NCBI GenBank assembly: GCA_028534125.1
Contig: CM052830.1
Coordinates: 23,932,001 to 23,996,000 of the forward strand
Direction of reading: 5' to 3'
Length of the DNA stretch: 64,000 nucleotides
From: Lama glama
Taxonomy: Eukaryota
Under the pieces are notes generated by a model that had not been told where the DNA came from, made no database searches, and worked only from the letters and a program-made list of their open reading frames with translations. A program made the translations under genes and the position numbers. This document shows, piece by piece, positions 60,126-64,000 of this stretch (its first letter is position 1; every line of letters begins with the position of its first letter).

Positions 60126-62434
60126 CAGCTCCCTAGGGGGCGGACTGAGGTATCTGAGGGTCTGAATTAAAGTCAACATTCATTGTTTCTATGTTCATCC
60201 TGTTGGGTTATTTGATCACGTTCATGTGTCTTGTTTTCAATTTCAACATGTAATTTAAAAATAAAGGCTTGTTGAATTAATAATTGGATTAAGAAGCCAC
60301 AGAGAGGCATTTGGATGCGATGACGTGTGCCAGAGGGAGCCATTGGTGGTTCTCGAGCGGGGAGAGCAGCAGAGGAGTGGTGGTTGTTGAGGAGGAACAA
60401 AACTGTGCCAGGGAGAGGGGCCTGGTCAGTGGGCCGGGCCACGGCGGCACGGTCCCCAGGCAGGCAGGCTGCACCCAGGGCATCTGGGGTCAGGGTCAGA
60501 GGAAGGGCCACTTCCTGAGTGCGCAGCCTCTCCTCCTACCCAGTCTGGGGGATTCTCTGCTGCCACGCCCCGTTACAGCCCACAGCTTTCCCGGGCGGTC
60601 TATGGGGCAATTCTCAGGTTCTGTGCAGCGCAGTTACTTGCTTCTTAACCACGGTCTCTTGAGCTCCCTTCATCTCAGCCGCTGGTTGGAGCCCCTCATC
60701 CTCTCGCTCCCTGCGCTCCTACCAGGGCTCTGCTTGCTTTTGCCCCCAACGCAGCCTCCCCACCCCCTTCCCCGACTCTCCCCTCTGAGCCCTCTGCTCC
60801 CCCCCACCCCCCCCGCAGAGACACCCTGTTCCCGGGCTCGGCCATTCCCTTCCCCTGGCTTTTCCGGGAGGAGCCCGCCCGCCTTCCTCCAGTGTACCCT
60901 TAGGTACGACCCTCCACTTCATCCTCGCTTGGCTAGGCACCCAGGGAGGTCTCCATGGATCCTAAACCCCAGGAAGAGGGTGTGGGGAAGGGATGACGGA
61001 GGCAGACTATGGCAAGGGGAAAATGTGTCCTGCCTCGCTTCACCTCAGCGGGTCTACGTATTTTAATTTTAAATACCGTTTCAAGTTATTTACCAGTGAG
61101 TGAAATGAATGCTCCCAGAGATGCCCCAAGCTGACCACTGATGCCACAGCCCAGGGTTTCTCAGCCCCGCGCTCTTGCCAGGCTGGGCGGGTGAGTCTTT
61201 GCCGTGGGGCGTCCTGTGCACAGAGGGAGGGGGGCAGCATCTCTGCCCACTGGCCGCCACTGGTGGCTCTGCCCCCTCCAGCTGTGACAGAAAACATGCC
61301 TCCACGCTCACCCAGAGAGGCCACCCCTTGTCCTTTCACGGTCCCCCTCGTACAGAACCACGCGCAGACGGGGCAGCGGTCACGACGCCTCTCCCTGGGT
61401 CCTCACCTGGAGCCACAGTGGGGAGTTTCCCGCGTTGCAGGGGAGGCAGGCAGCGGCTGGCGTGGTGCCCTGTAAGTCACAGCACAGAGACCACCTGCAC
61501 TCGTCCCCTCTCAGAACACGGACCTGGGTCCCCAGGCCTGACCCACTTCCAGAACGCTGAGATTCTCAGCCTCCTTCTAGTCAGATTCTTCTCGGTTCTT
61601 TGGCGCCCACCCAGAACTACCCGTGCTCTGCCTCCTAGACTCTTTTATTGCTAGGTCTACAAGGGCAATAAAAACAAAAAAAAAAGGCTCAAAGGTTTCC
61701 GGGACATCAAATAGCTCCTTTTAAATTAAAAAGAAAGGGTAAGGGGAGACCTCCCACCTCTGTGCTTTGTCACACGAGTGAATTAGACACACATGGGTTA
61801 CGGCTCCTTCTGGCCGGGCACTGTTTAAAGACACAAGGAGATAGCCCTTAAAAGGCTTCCCCGCGCCGTGTGGCTGCCTGGGTTTGCAGCGGTGAGGGCC
61901 GGAGCCCGGGAGCTGGGAGAGCCGCTAAGCCGCGGGTGGAGCCCTGCGCGCTGTGGCCGGACGGCTGCCCCGCCGCCCGGGGCTCGGGGGCGGCGTGGAA
62001 GGGAAGCGGAGCCCGGATGCTGGGCTCGTCCTCAGCAGCTTCTGCACGTGAGGTGCGCGTTCCGCCTTCTGGGTCTTTGCGCAGGCTCTTCTCTGCCTGG
62101 AAGGCCCTATCTCCCCATGAGCTTACCGTCTCCCTTGCTCTTCCAAGTGTGAGCAAAGATACATGCAAATCTATGCATGCGCGTGTGTGCGGTCACGCGT
62201 GTCTGTATGTAAACAACGAAATACATTTACATTGCAATGTGGTTTATATGATGGAACGTGGAACCTGGCGAAGCGCCGTGCAGTGGCAGAGGAGTAAAGA
62301 ACTGGTGGTGTGGGTCTGCAGCGCAATGGCACTCAGGCGGCAAAGACGGAAGACTCCAACGGCCATTGGCTTGACTGGATGAACAGAAGCTGAAACAGCA
62401 TGTAGGACCCCATTTAAAAAGCACATTAGACCAA

Positions 62435-62790
62435 GAGGATTCTGGGAAGATGGCAGAGTGCGACGCACCAGGACTCTGTCTCCCCGTTCAGACACCAAGC
62501 GCAGAATCTGTATGAAGGAACCACTGTGGAGGCTGCCGAGGGCTGGCGAGTGCCCGGGGAAGGCTGTGGTGGTAAACGGCCGTTGACCTGGCCCAGCTTC
62601 GGCTCCCAGCTCAGCAGCATCTGCCTCCCGCCACCCCAGCCCCGTGGCAGCAGCTACGCGCAGGTTCCAAGAGCAGGTGTGGGGAGCCGGGGGGAGCCCT
62701 AAGGACCCTGCCTTCAACCGAGAAGCCTGTCCTGCAAACCTGTCTTTCAAAAACGAGGGTGAAGTCGAGACCTTCCCAGACAAACAAAAG
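62435..62790 (+). mobile_element. Internally deleted L1M: 5' UTR start joined to an ORF1 C-terminal fragment
   Basis: 'gaggattctgggaagatggcagagt...gcaccaggactctgtctcccc' (L1M 5' end); 62731-62790 translates to PANLSFKNEGEVETFPDKQK (L1 ORF1p YPAKLSF..EGEIKTF.DKQK motif). Confidence 0.8.
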
Positions 62791-62999
62791 GTCCGTGTAT
62801 CCGGTTCTGTGCTGCGGCTGCGGGTCGCTGCCTCTGCTCACAGGCGCGAAGACGGGGGGCGCAAGCCCCTCCATCTCCAGCTGCAGCCGCTGCGAGGGGA
62901 GGGACAGGGCCCAGCGCCTTTTTCTCGCCTCTTCGTTTTCTTTTGGCACCCAGACGTAAAAGGACCAGGACATTCCAAAGCACCTGTCCGAAAGTTGAT

Positions 63000-63140
63000 A
63001 GAAATCATTTCCATCTATATGGAAGGCCATTATTGTCCCCGCCTGGTGGTGGAAGACACTGAGGATCAGAAAGAGCAAGGAATTTATTCAAAGTCACAGA
63101 GACAATAAACTGAGAATCAGGGACTTGAGCCCAGGTCTAC
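63000..63140 (-). mobile_element. MIR SINE
   Basis: 'cattattgtcccc...ggaagacactgaggatcaga...aaagtcacaga...gggacttgagcccaggtct'. Confidence 0.75.
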
Positions 63141-63399
63141 TCAAAAGAACATGATTGTTTCATTAACTCAGCACAGGCTCTGTGGGGTGTGTGTGTGCGT
63201 TTACAGAGAAAGAGATGGTTTGAAAGAACACAGGCGAGTTCCCCGCTCCTGCCACCCCTGCTGGTGGGGGAGACGGTGTTAAACGGCCGATTGTCCAGCG
63301 GTTGGTCTCATGCATCTTTACGCATGTGTTCGCTTGTCGCTGCCTGGCTGTCCGGGCCAGGTCAGCTCTGCTATCATGTCCCCCCGCCTCCCCGAGCGT

Positions 63400-63850
63400 C
63401 CTGTGTTCCCGTCAGAGCACTTACCGCAGTAGCGGTTCAGTTACTTGTGCACCTTCCTCAACACTGCTCTCCTTCACGGGGCTGCCAGCTCGTGAGGGCA
63501 GGGACCTGCCTCCCTTGGGCAGCACTATGTCATCCTCTTTTTCTTAATGGTTTTATAATGCTTGCTTCACTTTTTTAATCTAATTTTTATTGAAGTGCAG
63601 TTGATTTATAGTGTTGGTGTCAGGGGCAGAGCAAAGCGGTGCAGCTATACCTGAACAGATGCCTTTCCATTACAGGTTATTGCAAGAAAGTGAATGCTGT
63701 TCCCTGTGCTACACAGGAGGCCCCTGTTGCTCACCTGCTTTGTGTGTCACGTATCACCTTGCACCTAGCACAGGGGGCAGAGTGTGTGCTCCTAGGATTT
63801 GTTTCACAAATAGATGCATGGTAGGATGGACGGACACATGGATGGAGTCG
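63400..63850 (+). mobile_element. L2 3' region interrupted by an L1
   Basis: 'agcacttacc...agctcgtgagggcagggacc' before the L1 and 'gcacctagcacag...gatgga' after it. Confidence 0.65.
63570..63750 (-). mobile_element. Artiodactyl-type LINE-1 3' end
   Basis: 'tttttattgaagtgcagttgattta...tttccattacaggttattgcaaga...gttccctgtgctacacag'. Confidence 0.85.
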
Positions 63851-64000
63851 TACATGTTTGGATGCTCAGATGGACAGGTGGATCTCAGCTCAGTGGAGGC
63901 CTGAGACATGCAGGGACCCAGAGCCCTAGGCCTGGGGCTCTGGGCTGAGAGTCACGGCAGACCAACATGATGGTATCTCTGTCCCCAAACCCTGCCCGGG

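Noticed and set aside
62644-63108. 154-aa ORF containing an L1 ORF1 motif
   Set aside because: Only about 20 aa are L1-like; it has a GTG start and continues into a MIR, so it is a transposon relic rather than a gene.
1-64000. CTCF sites and the identity of the host locus
   Set aside because: Only weak partial CTCF matches by eye, and no exon to anchor a gene name; naming a locus would be a guess.

Overview
Non-coding, GC-rich mammalian genomic DNA, most likely camelid (Camelus/Vicugna/Lama), based on a Vic-1-like tRNA-derived SINE at 54215-54333. I found no credible protein-coding exon, RNA gene or CRISPR array. The ORF track is explained by high GC; the only recognisable peptide is a LINE-1 ORF1 fragment. 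The window has two components: (i) old repeats (MIR, L2, L1M, MLT1/ERVL LTRs, MER5/20/53/58) plus a few young inserts, and (ii) many short, non-repetitive AT-rich islands rich in homeobox, POU, PBX-HOX and TCF motifs that look like conserved enhancers of an unidentified developmental gene (gene desert or large intron). The most unusual signal is an extreme, patchy A/T->G/C drift inside the repeats. It creates CpGs instead of losing them and yields orphan CpG-rich patches, which suggests fossil GC-biased gene conversion (gBGC) tracts or recombination hotspots. All repeat assignments and consensus comparisons come from recalled consensus sequences, not from a search, so subfamily names and boundaries are approximate. 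I see no new protein-based biological system.
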